From contig OZ199840.1 in the NCBI GenBank assembly GCA_964304625.1, positions 5,938,584 through 6,002,583 of the forward strand: a stretch of 64,000 nucleotides of DNA, in the 5' to 3' direction. Position numbers and translations under genes: made by a program. Shown in pieces: positions 39,422 through 53,090 of this stretch. The DNA comes from Kudoa neothunni. Its lineage: Eukaryota > Animalia > Cnidaria. Position 1 is the first letter of the stretch. Each line of letters starts with the position of its first letter. The notes below the pieces were generated by a model. The model had not been told where the DNA came from and did not search any database. It saw only the letters and a program-made list of their open reading frames with translations.

Positions 39422-41768
39422 TATATATGTAGATAACTATTGTAATTTATATTATCTATATTATTTTCATGTTTAGGATACTCATTACAAACTTTAATGA
39501 CCCCTATTCGAGAACCAATTAGCTAAACTGTTAAAATTTGGACTTTAACCCTCTAAGAAGCTGCAACATTTACACTCTCCTGATAAAACTAGGGTAGATA
39601 TTAACTTCAAGTTTTAATTCATGGTATTGTCGTAAATAAAAGTTAGCACTGACTGGTAAATTACGATAAAAATTCATTGAGCGAATTTGGTGTAAATGAC
39701 CAATTATTCAGGTTATGTTAGGACTGCCAGCGAGGTTTTACAAAATACCCAAGGTAGAGCAAAACGCTAGTTTAAATTACAACAAAATATTTTTATCGTA
39801 TCTGTTAAAGTTTGTTATCTTCCTCCGATTCCATAATTACGTCTTCAGGTATTAAATTTTAATTTATCGTCGAATTATTGCAATTTTTGGACTCGAACAC
39901 TCACACATACTTAATGTCTAGTTAAATCAATATACTCACAATTAATTACTTCACAGCTCAAGATATATTTTGAAATAGTACTTAAATTTTCTAATCATAA
40001 GCGACAATGTCAACTGAATAATAATGTAATCGGGCCACGTTAAACAATCTAATGTGCTGCCCTTCATTATCGTAAATTTTTTAACCCTGCATGATATTAT
40101 ATCTGAATAGAATACGTTATTAAAAATATAAATAATAATGCCGCACATACAAAAATTTGTTACTATTCAATTTTTACGGGTTTCCAATAAAACCTTAAGA
40201 TTTGGTAAAAATTGAAAAACCCCCAATTCCAGGGTTATGTTCTACTTGCGCTTGCGCATACGTGCAGGTTAACACATTTCGTTGGGATATGATTGTATTT
40301 AAAGGTTGATTTTTGTATTTTTTCTAATTTAATCAATTAATTAATATAAGTCATTTTATTTTGAACAATCCGAAATAATATTTCGTAGAAACACAACACT
40401 AAGAAAGCTGTGATTATTTCCTAAAGCAATTACCGCATATATTTTTAATGCTCCCCCCAACATGATACTACGCAAACTGATGAAGAGTCATCGGGATATA
40501 AGGAGCTTTCATCGTATTTAGGAGAGGATAACATGCTTATATTTATATTGCACACGCGGGAAGGAGTCGAGTTTATTGTTTTTGGTTATTTATTTAATAT
40601 TCATTCTATAGAATTTTCTTAAACTTTTAGATATGACATAAATCGATATTTTAAATTATTTTAAAAAATAAAAATGGGGATGAATTTCTACTCCTATTTT
40701 ATTTAGAAGGTATTTTTACGGTAACTTCTTTGATATACAACAAACAAAATTTTAATTTATTTTTCTGAAAGCATTTACAAATATAAATAAATGATTGAAA
40801 TAACAGGATAGGAGATTTGTTCATTCAATGCGCCATAACAGGGGTTGTAACGACCAGCCTACGAGGGTGTCAATGATAAAGTTAAATTGTTTTTTATTAG
40901 ACAGAACGTGTTTACCTTCCCTAATTATTATAATCGTTCTTTTTAGCACAGAGAATCTCAAAATCAACGTAAACGAAGTTAATTAAATATTGTCTACCCC
41001 TTTCTAAATACAAATATGTAAAAACAGAAAAGTTTAAAATATTTCCCCAAACAAATTTCTTACTTATTTTTCCTGGTTTAATGATACTACTTTTATTGTG
41101 GCGAATGGAAACATTTAAGTATTGTTAATAGCGATTTCGATTCATCATTTAAGTATACGAAATATTAAATTCAATATCGACAAAATCAGGTAAGTTTTAA
41201 AATAACAATTTTTTTAAATTAGTAATTTCCTTGTAAACAAATGTCGTGCGTTAGTAATTTTTGTCGCATGGCAATGAAAATGTATTCTTTTAAATATCAA
41301 AATATAAATTTAGTAAGCTAATTGTTAATTGTTTTGTAAAAAATTCATTATATCTAAAGGATTTACATTTATTCTAGACTATCTTCTAATTTAACATAAC
41401 TATCTGGCCCGGCAACCTGATTGGATTGCTGGCCGTTGCGCTATAATATTGCCCGCAAAATTCATTCGGGGTAGAAATCTACCCTGTTTTATTAAGAGCT
41501 TTCCAAGAAATAAATTTCAATATATAAAATCGCTGAAAAGCATAGATTTTGACCAATATTGTTGTTCATAACACATAAAGGGTTTGTAATTTTCCATATC
41601 TTAATAATTATTCGACGAAAATTTATATTTTTTGATCAAATATTAAAATATACGGAACTTATTAAAAAGTTAAAGATTTATCCATCACAGACCTCAATTA
41701 TAATTTTGATAATTTAAAATACTATTTAAGTATATCCTGCTTGTAATGGTTGGTTATATAAGGAATGT

Positions 41769-41845
41769 GATCAAAGCTAACGAAATTAGAGTGGTATAGC
41801 AGCCTTTTAAGCTATGACTCGGGGTTCGGACCCTCCCCGCGATCA
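41769..41845 (+). pseudogene. tRNA-Lys(TTT)-like pseudogene or SINE head
   Basis: GATC...GATCA acceptor-like ends, anticodon loop CTTTTAA, T-arm GGGGTTCGGACCCTCC. The D arm is malformed. Confidence 0.45.
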
Positions 41846-42192
41846 TTAATTACACTGCTTGTCTCATTGTATATTTTTACGAAATATCGTATATAAACAA
41901 AAAACAATCTTGTCGGCACGTGAAAATATTTACTATTTATTCCATAAAATATTACATGCAATTTTTAAAGTGAAACTAAACTGCTGAACTAGAAAATTAA
42001 TCACTGGAAAACGAGTTCAAACGAAAACTAGATTAATTTTAATACTGTAGTACTGTAGGTAACCAATTTCACGCACTTTTTAAAACCCTCTTTAGTTAAA
42101 ATATCGATTTGTTGTTGAGTATATAATGTTTCAAACAAAATTTCCACAAAAATTATTTTAAAAAGTTAAAAAATAATGTAACTAAACGTCAC

Positions 42193-44070
42193 GTGATTGA
42201 CCAATTCGCGCACTTTTTTGTGACACTCTGTTTATTAATTAAATCAATATATAACGCCAAAAATTACAATATTATTAAGTATTACGAAAGTCTCCCATCT
42301 AATGGTGAGAAAACTGCCACCGTATCACATTTTAAAATATCTACTATCTCGACATTGAATGGCATCCTAAAGATGAAAAACAAAATAATTAGGACCTATG
42401 AGGGTGGTGGTTTAGCATTTAAAAATAGAAAATATTTACGTGCAGGACAACTTCGTTCCATCGATGAAGATGTGTATGAGTGGATTGAATGGGCACGAAG
42501 CAAGAAGATTCAAATAAGCCCCACCACTATAATCAGTAAGAGAAATGAATTGACCGAAGAAAATGGTTTACCGATAAGCGCAACCCATGGATGGTTTCGT
42601 TGTTTTAAAAAAGGTTCAACATCAAAAAAATCAAGTTTCATGGCGAATCTACTGAAGTTAGTTCCGAGACCACCTCAGAATGGATAAATCGTTTTAAAAC
42701 CCTTTTCAAAGGATACTCTGAAGGTTGTATTTACAGCATAAATGAGACCGCCTTATTCCACCAACAGCAGCGAGATGAATATTCCATATTTTATTTAATA
42801 ATTTTTTTAAGGTACGAGTTATGTACGTTCGTCAGAATGCAATATTAAAGGATCAACAAAATCAAAAAGACATCTCACCATATTATTAGACTAGAAGCAT
42901 CAATGCGCGGGGGAGAATTGGTGCCATTAACAATTGGACCAAGCGAAAAACCTCGCTGTTTTAAAAATATCACAAACTTGACCTTATCATATGAATCCAA
43001 CAAAAAGGCCTGAATGACTGGGGACATTTTTTGAGGTTATTGGATAAATTAAACCAACACTTCGCAAAGAAAAACAAAAAATTATAATGTTTCTGGATAA
43101 TGCCAGTTCACATACCAATAGTGAATTCAGCAATGTTCAACTTATATTCCTCCCAAAAATACCATTAGTATCCTCCAGCCATTGGACCAAGGAATAATAC
43201 ATTCGTTCAAATGTTTTTACGAAAAAACAATGATTCATAGGTATATTAATTCCGCCGAATTACGACTGGAACTAACTCCTCCCAATATTTTGGAGGCGAT
43301 GGATTTAATTAAGAATTCCTGGAATAGTGTCACCAAATCTACGATCGTGAATTGTTTTAGGAAAGCAGGATTCTCCTCTCTAGAATGTAAGTCACCTATC
43401 AACGATAAAATAGAATTAGCTCAAGAAAAAATCTCTGAGAATGTTGAAAATTTGGATGATAACTTACTAAATGAAATAAATGAGATGATAAATGAAGAGG
43501 AAATATACGAAATTCTTTATTTTAATGAGCATCCTTCATCGGCCAAAACGAATGGCATAACAGAAATTGGTGAAATTATTTGAGGTTCAAATAATAATTA
43601 TGGTGATAACGATGATGCTGCTAGTGAGCCATCCGATACATACGAAAAATCCATACAAGATGAAAGATCTATTAAGAATATTCTCAGCTACACAGAAGCT
43701 TTAGAATATGTGAGGGAGTTGAAATGTTTTTATAAAGTGCATGATAATTCCCAAAATATTATCTTAAATTCAGCAGAAAATTCAATTTTCAAAGTGCTTT
43801 CAAAAAATATCAAACAAACTAAAACAACAAAATTCTTCCCGTATAAATAAGTTTCTTGTTGTTATTGTCTTTTGAGAGTAAATATTTTCGTAAAAGTCAA
43901 GATGAAATATGGAGAAAATTATTTAAACATGTCAAAAATGGATCCACTATCTCTAACCGTTGTTTAAACCCTACCAAAATTTTCTCAGGTCTCTCACAAC
44001 AACAACAACACACACATAATTTAATTCTATTATTTAAATTCGAGGGGGAAAAATTACGCAATATCGAAAT
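42193..44070 (+). mobile_element. Degenerate pogo/Tigger transposase (HTH, CENP-B HTH, DDE)
   Basis: ISATHGWFRCFKK, NETALF, KPRCFK, A*MT, IMFLDNASSH and LQPLDQGIIHSFKCFY...TIVNCFRKAGF, with stops and frameshifts. Subterminal TTACGCAATATCGA near 44055. Confidence 0.9.
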
Positions 44071-44122
44071 ATTTTTACATAAAAAGACTACCATAACAAA
44101 AAACAATTAATTAACCACTATT

Positions 44123-44746
44123 CTATAATTCTAAAAATGACACAACACGATCAAATTGTTCAACCAGCTTATCACTTTTTAGTCCAATTATATCACCACA
44201 CATATTTTCAAAGATTAGATAGGATTTAATGTAATAAGAGTTGACCCAGTGGAATTGGTAGGGACCAAACAGTTTGCCTTTAAGCAGACTCAAATTGTTA
44301 ACGACAATCATACAGTCTGATTCCGGGTCGACGGTATATACAAATCCGAAAAGATTGTCCTTATTAAGCAATTGGTTATTTGTAACATCTTTGTTAACGT
44401 CAACTTTTGGAAAGAACCGCTTCGCAATTTCATCCAAGTTTATTGTCTGAGATTGTTCATCCTCGTTGATAGCGGCTGAGGGATCAACTGAAGTACTCTT
44501 TTAAACTTTATGGCCTGTAACCAATGAATAAATACTTGATCACCAAGGTATGAATCTTCGCAAAAGCTAAATATTACGAATTTGTGTTCCAAAAGATCGC
44601 GGTCTAACCGTCTCATTTCTATTTGTGAGCATGCGTGTAGAAAACATATTTCTGATTTAAAACCTACCAGAGAACACATGCATGAGATTTTCTGTGTTTA
44701 TTTTTCGAGGAATCACCCACATTCTACCATCGATTTGATGTATCAT
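44123..44746 (-). CDS. Gemin6-like Sm-fold protein (3 exons predicted)
   Basis: ATG at 44746 with a phase-1 intron, then a 38-nt GT..AAG intron that joins the two ORFs in frame. Core LFGFVYTVDPESDCMIVVN resembles Gemin6 GWVLTTDPVSANIVLVN. Confidence 0.55.
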
Positions 44747-45682
44747 TGAATGGATTTATTTTGTGATGTTTTGTTACGTGGGCGAGGGTTTTAATGTTAT
44801 ACTGTTGTTTTTAATGAGTATCACGAGATGAGGTAGTCCTATAAGAAGCTTAAAATTGTTATCTATCTATTGGATCCGTTGTAAACAATTAAACACACTT
44901 TTTATTGACATCGACCGCTCGACAGAATTTACCAGCGGATCGCTTCTGCAGCTAATAAAATAATGAGCTTAAAGCTTTATTGTAAATCTACTGTCTAATC
45001 CGAATTTATATATTTTTTACCAAAACATGATATAATCGTACTTTTCGAAAAATAAAATAACCCCAGAATATGATTATGTTTTTGGATAGAATATAAAAGT
45101 ATCGGATATCTTTGATGTCGGCTTTTGGACGCAATATTTAAGTGTATTAAATAAAGATCATACTCAACAGGTAATGGATTGCTGAAAACATGCAGCTTAT
45201 CTCACTGAAAACAATTTTTTTCTCGCATTCATTTTGTTAAAAATGGTTGCTAGCCCTTGGTTGTGACCTTTTTCACAATGAATCTAATTGTCTATTTTAT
45301 TTAATTATAACATAGCAACTCATATACTTATTTAATTTATGTGATCTATTTTTCACGTTAGGGTTTAAAATTGTAAAGCAGAAGCGTGGAGCTTAGGGAG
45401 ATTGAATAATCTAGAGGGAATTGGAATGGTAGGTGTTTGGCGTTGGCGGCAAACAACCTCATTCCAACCAACAAACTCTCTACTCTCTCTCATAAACTTA
45501 ATCAACAACAACAACAAACGTAATGACGTTATTGTAGGATAAACTGTGAACCAATTAATTAGATAACATATGATAAGCTGCCATTAGAACAGATTACGAG
45601 ATAACCCACTGTTATAATCTTACTAATTTAGCTTCACTGATAGTTGTTTGTTCACAGTGGGTATTTGGTTGTTTCGGTGTAG

Positions 45683-46368
45683 ATGGGAGCTTCGTTGAGT
45701 AGAACGCGTGATGTTCAAATCCTTATGCTAGGTTTGGATGGAGCTGGCAAGACATGTAAATTGAATATTTAACGTTATAATTTATCGCCTCATTTCTTCG
45801 CTTTATCACTCTCTTCTCACTTACTAACATCTATTTGTAGCATTGGTAACCGAAAAAAAGGGTGAACAAATTAATGATATACTTCCAACCATTGGATTCA
45901 GTGTAGACAAAATCAAACACAAAAATCTAAGATGCAGTATGTGGGTGAGTTTACTGTTAGGTGGGATTGTTTGATCTATTTGTGTTGATTTAATTGTAGG
46001 ATGTTGGTGGTCAAGACAGCATAAGGCCACTCTGGAAACACTACTATTCCGCCGTTGAAGTTCTTATCTATGTGGTTGATGCCAGTGATGAGGCAAGGTT
46101 ACAACAATCCAAAACTGAGTTCTACAAAACTATATCCGATTCGGAAATGAATGAAGTCAAGGTTTTAGTTGTATTAAATAAAATCGACCTACCCAATGCT
46201 AAATCATTGGAAGAAATTAAACAAATCTTTGATTTGGAGAGCTTGACCCACACATGGAGTATTGTCGGTACTAGTGCAAAGTCACGCCAAGGTTGCGATG
46301 AAATATTTAAAACCTTGGACAATTGGTTCAAAGACTCGAAAAAGCCACGAAAGAGATCATCTAAATAA
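45683..46368 (+). CDS. ADP-ribosylation factor family small GTPase (ARF/ARL), 3 exons
   Basis: Exons 45683-45755, 45841-45944 and 46000-46368 give MGASLS...ILMLGLDGAGKT...PTIGF...WDVGGQDSIRPLWKHYY...NKID...TSAK...KKPRKRSSK*. Myristoylation motif MGxxxS. Confidence 0.95.
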
Positions 46369-47680
46369 ACACACAATGGTGATTTAAAACTTCTATATAA
46401 TTTTTTAATTTTAAATCTGTTTTTTGTTGAAATGACTGTCTTTCTCTCTATCTCTCAATTTTAAATTTTATGCTGTATGTATATTGTCTAAGTTATAATC
46501 ATACACTCAAATTAGTCGTAAGAATTAATCTTCACGCTTAAAATGAAATTTAAATGTGTAGAGTAGTTTTTCGGGGTGGCTTTAACATTATTAATACGTT
46601 TTCATTAATTACTCACCCGTATTATAATATAACTATTTTGTAAATGTGCTTAGCTTATAATGTAGACGATGCTTTGCGTTGTCCATGATTGTATCAAAAA
46701 AGTTCGCGGATTCGTTAAAATTTTATACTTACTTATAAATGTATTTTTATCTATGTTAATCATAATTAAATTCCATTTTACCCGAAAAATTTTAATTTAT
46801 TACATTCAATTTTCTTAAGCGGATTAAAAAGTTTAATAATTATCATGTCGAATTAGAACCGAATGAAATGAAATTCGAAGAATCGCTTTTATTTCGACAA
46901 AAATTAGTTTTATAAATATTATATAACCGAAATTTGGAACATTTATTAGGCGAGAAGTTATTGATCTAATATTTACGTTATAATTTTCAATCCTGTTTTA
47001 AATTGTGACGTACATTATTGTTTCAAGTTCAAGGTTATTTATTTTTTTAACTTACTAAAATAAAGTTAATGAAGTTAGTTGATTTTTAAAATAATATTCA
47101 CGATTTAATATTTAAAATTAGCGCAATAACGATGTGATTTGCTATCAATCCACACAAATTAAAAATCTGGCGTTATGTATTTTAAGCTTACATTTATTTT
47201 CCTAAAATAATTACTATTTAAGCGATCAATTTATTTGTCTGAATATAATAGAGAAAATTTAATTTATTAGGTGATATGTAAAGCAGATTTAAAGTAGAAA
47301 GTATTGATGTTTTAAAAGTTAAAACAACGGTACATCAAAATTTGGAACTGTGGGCCGGAATTCGACCTTTGATAATTCCAAGAGATCAGAAAAAGATAAC
47401 CTATAAATAAAACTGTGAACAAAATTTAAAAAATGCTGAAAAAGTATAACACTAATTTGCAGTCATTTAGTGTTGGTCGCAAACTACAAAATTGCTAATT
47501 AGAGGTCGGGCTTAATGCACCTCCCCCCGTTTAAAATAATTACATAATTTCAGAAGCTCCAAACATGTTATACATTTAACTGAAAGTTTCATTTAAGTTG
47601 TCTACATCCAGGAAAACAAATTTCCTGGAATTTACAATTTATCGCTTCATATAGGGGCTTATGTGAATTCTTTTAATTAA

Positions 47681-48741
47681 CCCTTCCCGCATTGTGTCAA
47701 ACAAAATTATGCGTGGTACCTGTTGTACTCCAGCAAAAATATGTCTTAGTCAATTTTAAATCCTTCAAAATCTACATAATTTAAACTATCATAAACATAT
47801 CCACTAATAGACGTTAACATAGAAAATTGTTCTAGCCTCTGTAATAAATAAAACGACAATATTGCAAATATAATATAATGCAGATATAAGGGCATACAAC
47901 CGTCCAATTTCTCTATTTTTCAATCAAATAATTATTTAAACCATATAAATCAATAAATGTGGTCGAAACACATGAATACATCATTATTAGCAAACATTGT
48001 TGCTCGTCCTTCATATTTAATCGGATTAAGTCTCCCGCCTGGTTCGGATCCACTTGTGCGTGAGTATTATAGCTAATTGCGGAAATCGAGTTGGTTTAAA
48101 TTAAAGAATCTATATCTATTTGAAATAAATGAGGTTAAATAGACGATAACAATAGCAACAACAATAGGCTGAACTTAAGGGTAATTGTGGCTCATCCAAG
48201 TTCAGCTTTTTTCCAGAATTTTACAAACAAATTTTTCGTCTAATCTCATACACGACGGCGCAATAAACACAATAATTCTTATCATGCACCGAGGGATTAG
48301 GGCCTATGCTAAATAAGATCCCAACGGCTTCCTTAATTTTTAAATTTTTTAAATTAATTCAAGACAAGAAATTACCTCAATAATTGAAAAATTGATACAA
48401 TTTGGGAGTGCGCGCAAGCCACCAGATTAGTAAAGTATTATCGAATTAACTTTCGTAAATACCCAATCAGTTTTACTTTGATGAAAAAATGCCATTTCCT
48501 ATTAGTAATGTAAGAAATTTAATTATTAAATGATGTTAAAATATATATTAAATAGAAATACAAATTAGCGATACATTATTTAAGAAATAATTATCTCTCG
48601 ATTTTTAGAAGTGTATAATTTTTTCGTTTAAATAGAAGCCTTGTAAGTTTTTAGGAGCATTCTAAAATTTCTCGTGCTGTGAGTAAAACAAAAAATATTT
48701 CTTTTGGGGTATGGCAAATATCCCACCCCTGGCAGGAAGGG
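47681..48741. mobile_element. piggyBac-type non-autonomous element
   Basis: TTAA|CCCTTCCCGC ... GGCAGGAAGGG|TTAA. The right subterminal region resembles that of 55221-56069. Confidence 0.8.
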
Positions 48742-50445
48742 TTAACATATTAAAATATTTATCCGAAATAAGTTTAACCCATTTTATCGTATATATAACT
48801 TTAGATTACTTCGCATGATTACAAAATAGTTGAATAATATTCATATGCATTCACCAAGTGGGAATGAAAATTTTATATCTCGCCTGCTATCGAACAAATT
48901 TTAAAATACCGCCAGGCTTCTCTTCCTTATCCTGTTTGCGAATTAAAAATTGATATTTCATATTTTGCAGTAAATATTTTTACCTGATTTTCTTTAATAA
49001 GAGAAGAAATCATAGTGGTAATACCGATAAAGAATCGAACATAAATTTCACTTTCCGAAGAATGCAGTCAATGAAGAAATTAATTTAAAATTAATCGATA
49101 CTAATTTTGTTTTATGAAATTGATCTGAGTTATTTTCTTTGTTCTCGTTTATTCATAAATGATATAATTTGTATCCTTGGTCTTTTAACTCACTATATTT
49201 AATAAAGATACAAAAATAAAAAAAATTATCTGAATTTTTTTGAATTAATTTAATTATTATTTTTTAAGTGAAATATTAAAGTTTGTTTTTTGCACTCGTG
49301 TCTGGTAAAACTTTTCTGTTCGGGCCAATGTATTTTATTCTCCGATATTTATAGTCAATTCTAAATTTTTGTATATCATAAATTATTGTGAATTATGTGA
49401 TAAAATATTCGTAAGTCTATCTATAGTTCTCTTATATTAATTTCATGTATTATTAAATGAGTTAAATTAGAGGTCATATGTAAAACATCTATCCTCAAAA
49501 AATCAATACAATAAAGGTAAATATTTATTATTTATAACGAATGAATAAAAAAATTCAACTAATTTGATTTTAAACGAAAATAACCGAATAGTTCTGTTAG
49601 CATAAGACGAACTGAAATTTAGACTATAAAAGTATCTTATAAAATATAGGGCTCATTGTAGAATTAATCAGGTGCACTTCAAACATATAGTTGAAATATC
49701 TCCTCTTCAAAATAATTAATATTTTGATCTTTTTCATTATCATTTTATTTATTCAACGAAACACACGATATTATTTATATTTTGTGTCTATGGATCATTC
49801 GCGAATGTTTCTCTTGAAGTTATTTAAAATGGACGATTATATATGTAAAAAATTCAAACTCGAATTTTATAGATAATCTTTAAAGACTCGTCTGGGCGAA
49901 ACTTAATCTTAGTATGCTTTATTTGTTGTAATATACTTTCTTTGTATAGTCATGATTATTCCCAAAAACTTATTGATTGAAATCTCTTATTACTTTATTA
50001 ACTCTTAAACGAGAATGAAAATTCGGAACGAATCCAAATTAAATAAACAGTAAACCCTCGGGTAACCTGTTTACAGATAACTCGACTAATGACAAAGTGT
50101 ACACGATTGACTGTGCCATGTGCTGGATTGAGTGAGGCACGTGACTTTTTATTTGGGTAATAGACTGTGAATATGAAATTTCTGACAGAGAACATTTACT
50201 GAAGAATTTTTTTCAAATTTCAGTCCTATCAGAATGTATTTTAATAAGAAAAGAATAATTAATCCACTCGAAAAATCTAAAATTTAAATAATCGATGACC
50301 CATTACCGAACATAGCCGATAATAAGTGTTATTAAATGATAAAGTCCAAATAGCCACAAGATTTAAATGATATAGATTTCATTTTTTTTTTCATTTAATG
50401 AGATCATTCTTCATAAACTATTAATAGTTTTAGATGATCCGTTAA

Positions 50446-52287
50446 CCCTCTTGAGAATGCGTGGGGTCTAAGACCCCACGAAGTAAATGATGAAAGTAAA
50501 GCGTTGTATTTAATAAAATAATTATCGTTTAACAACAAAATTATCGCATATAACTTTAGAATGTTTTTTTAAATATTGCCCCCAACAAACATTCTATTTT
50601 GATTGCGTTTTACAGTCATTTTTCCCAACACATATATGACATTTTCTTCTGTCTGCAGTATTAGATATTTGTTCACATTCTTTTATTTTTCCTCATCTAC
50701 ATTAATATTATTATTATTATTAAATTAATCAATTAATTTGTACTTTTGCGATTCATTCGTTGCTTTAGCAATTGTATTGCTAACGATTTTAAGAATTCTT
50801 TTCTCCGAATATTTTTCTTCGTATGCAAACAATAAATTATATATGAATTTATTGAAACTACATTTAGAAGCGCACGAAATATTACTGCCGGCCACCTTCT
50901 GATAGTTCTATATGTAGAATAATTAGCGTAAATTTGGACGATTGTGTCTACATCTCCCTTGGTGGAATTGTAAAATGAAATCATTTCTGGAAGTTTCTGT
51001 GGATGATTTGAATCGATTATTGGTTTATGGTGAAAACAACTCAATAATATGACAGATTTGTTTTTTTTTCGAAGTGTATGACAGCAATGTAAAATCTTTG
51101 GTAAAGCCAAACATGGATGAATATACCACTTTTGTCTTCGATGGCAGAAATTCCAAAGGAATCTCCTTTTTATTTTTTCTAATAGTTCCGCAAGCAGTGA
51201 TACCACGTTTCAATAATTCTTCGAAGAGTGGAACCGAGGTAAAACAATTATCTACCGTAACGTTTCCACCAGAACCCAAAATTGGCTCTATTAATCTCAG
51301 TACTAAACTTTTCGGTGAGCTATCAACTTTATGAATGCAAACGTTTTGAGCCTTCAAGTATACCTACAAATTTAAGGTATACAATTTTTTAGCACCGGCC
51401 ATATTACAAATTTTTATGTCATTTTTCAGGCTTTAACGGCATGTATTGCTTAAAAATACAGTTGCCTCTGGACGCTCGAAGCATTTCGTCAATTGTTAAA
51501 TATTCTGTTGGAGTATAATATTTTAAGAAATTTGATTTTATGCGATTAGTAACATCCCTAATTTTAAATAATCTGCCATTAGACGACTCCAGTGGTATTG
51601 AAGAATCGTTCGTAAAACGTAGACATTTCAACAACTTAAATCTATTTTGGCCGAATACTTTATTGCAAATGGGGAATCTAAAGATATCATCAACCCAGAG
51701 TTAATTTATATTGGATAAATTAGCTTTTTTACGCCAAGATAATAATGTAAACCTATAAACGCTTTTAACTCACATAAATCAAATTCAACACAATCTCTTT
51801 TTCTTTTGAAATTAGTTTGTATTTTTTAGGTTGTCATTTGTAAAATGTAACATGTCGTACAGTATTTCGGCTGGAGTAAACAAGCTCCATATCTCAGACT
51901 CCCTATTAACATCATCAGAAAGATTTATTTGATGCTTTTCTTGAATAATATGTTTTTTTGCCAAACAAACCGACTAGATTAGACGACCATTCATAATTAT
52001 TTCCGTAAAATATTTCTTTATTAGTATTTGGACAGTCAACAATCATTTCTTCATCGCTAGTCTTTTGAAATATTAGAGTCAGAGCTATATGTCTCCGAAT
52101 CCGACGAAAATGCATCACTGCTATCACAATGTAAAAATTTTTCAAAATCCATATCTTTTAAATCTATATAATTTTTGTAAATAAATATGCGACGAAAATT
52201 AATTACGAGTCGCAAACTTAAACCAAAAATGTTATAACAATAATAAAATCATGTGGGGTCTAAAAACCCTCCGCGTGCTCCGGAGGG
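50446..52287 (-). mobile_element. piggyBac transposon with degenerate transposase
   Basis: TTAA TSDs. TIRs of about 35 bp: CCCTCTTGAGAATGCGTGGGGTCT..GACCCCAC / GTGGGGTCT...CGCGTGCTCCGGAGGG. Fragments LTIDEM..RG.C.FKQYMP.KP.K, VTVDNCFTS, CGTIRKNK and YNSTKGDVD...RRWP. Confidence 0.95.
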
Positions 52288-52852
52288 TTAAGCATTACGA
52301 CGTTATTGAGCCTATCGATAAATAAACTACTGACACTGCTGAAATTGGGCGGATATTTTTTTCCTTACAATATTCTCACCTACTAAGGAATAACAATAAT
52401 TAAACTTCTAATGTATTATCGTATGGAAGTCTCGTGTTATCATAAATATTTCATTTGACGAAAAATAACGAATTCAATAATTTAATATTTTATAAAAATT
52501 GTATACCTATGTATCTAAAATAATCTTCTGTGTAATCAAAATATTGGAACATGTTCATATTAGACCTCAGTTTCTGCAAGCTAATTACGTACGAGCAAAT
52601 AATCTCTCGAAAGTGCCGTGCCTAACAGATTTTAATTCCGTATTCCGTTAACACATCATTTTAACGTTAGCACATTTTAAATGGATTTAAGTGTAATATA
52701 CCTAGCATAAATTAATTCTTAACAACTCAAAACCGAAATGAGGACTAGCTCAAAAGCTACAATTTCAGTATTTTATTTTGTCTAAAATATATTTTTAACA
52801 TAATTTTTAAAATTTCGCCAAAATATCATTATATCTCAATGTCATTATTTAC

Positions 52853-53090
52853 CGGCATGAGCTATCGATACGGATATTTTTAATCTCTTATGGTATCAAC
52901 GCTTGCGCGACTCTCATTTCTAATCCCAGCAACTCCTGTTTATAGTCGATGTATAAAGTGTATTTTTTTAATCTGTCATATTTAATTACCTTAACTTGTC
53001 ATCACCTTTAATAATGCCTGAATTGATTAAATATAGTCGAAATTAGTGTTAGTGGAATATTATTTACCATTCCAATAACCACTTTCTTCT
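52853..53090. mobile_element. Mutator-family MITE, decayed copy
   Basis: GGCATGAGCTATCGATACGG start and internal TAATCCCAGCAACTCCTGTTTATAGTCGA match 8100-8338. No TSD seen. Confidence 0.6.

Noticed and set aside
42193-52287. In-frame stops suggesting an alternative genetic code
   Set aside because: The stops occur in decayed transposases together with frameshifts. Host genes translate cleanly with the standard code and use TAA, TAG and TGA as terminators.
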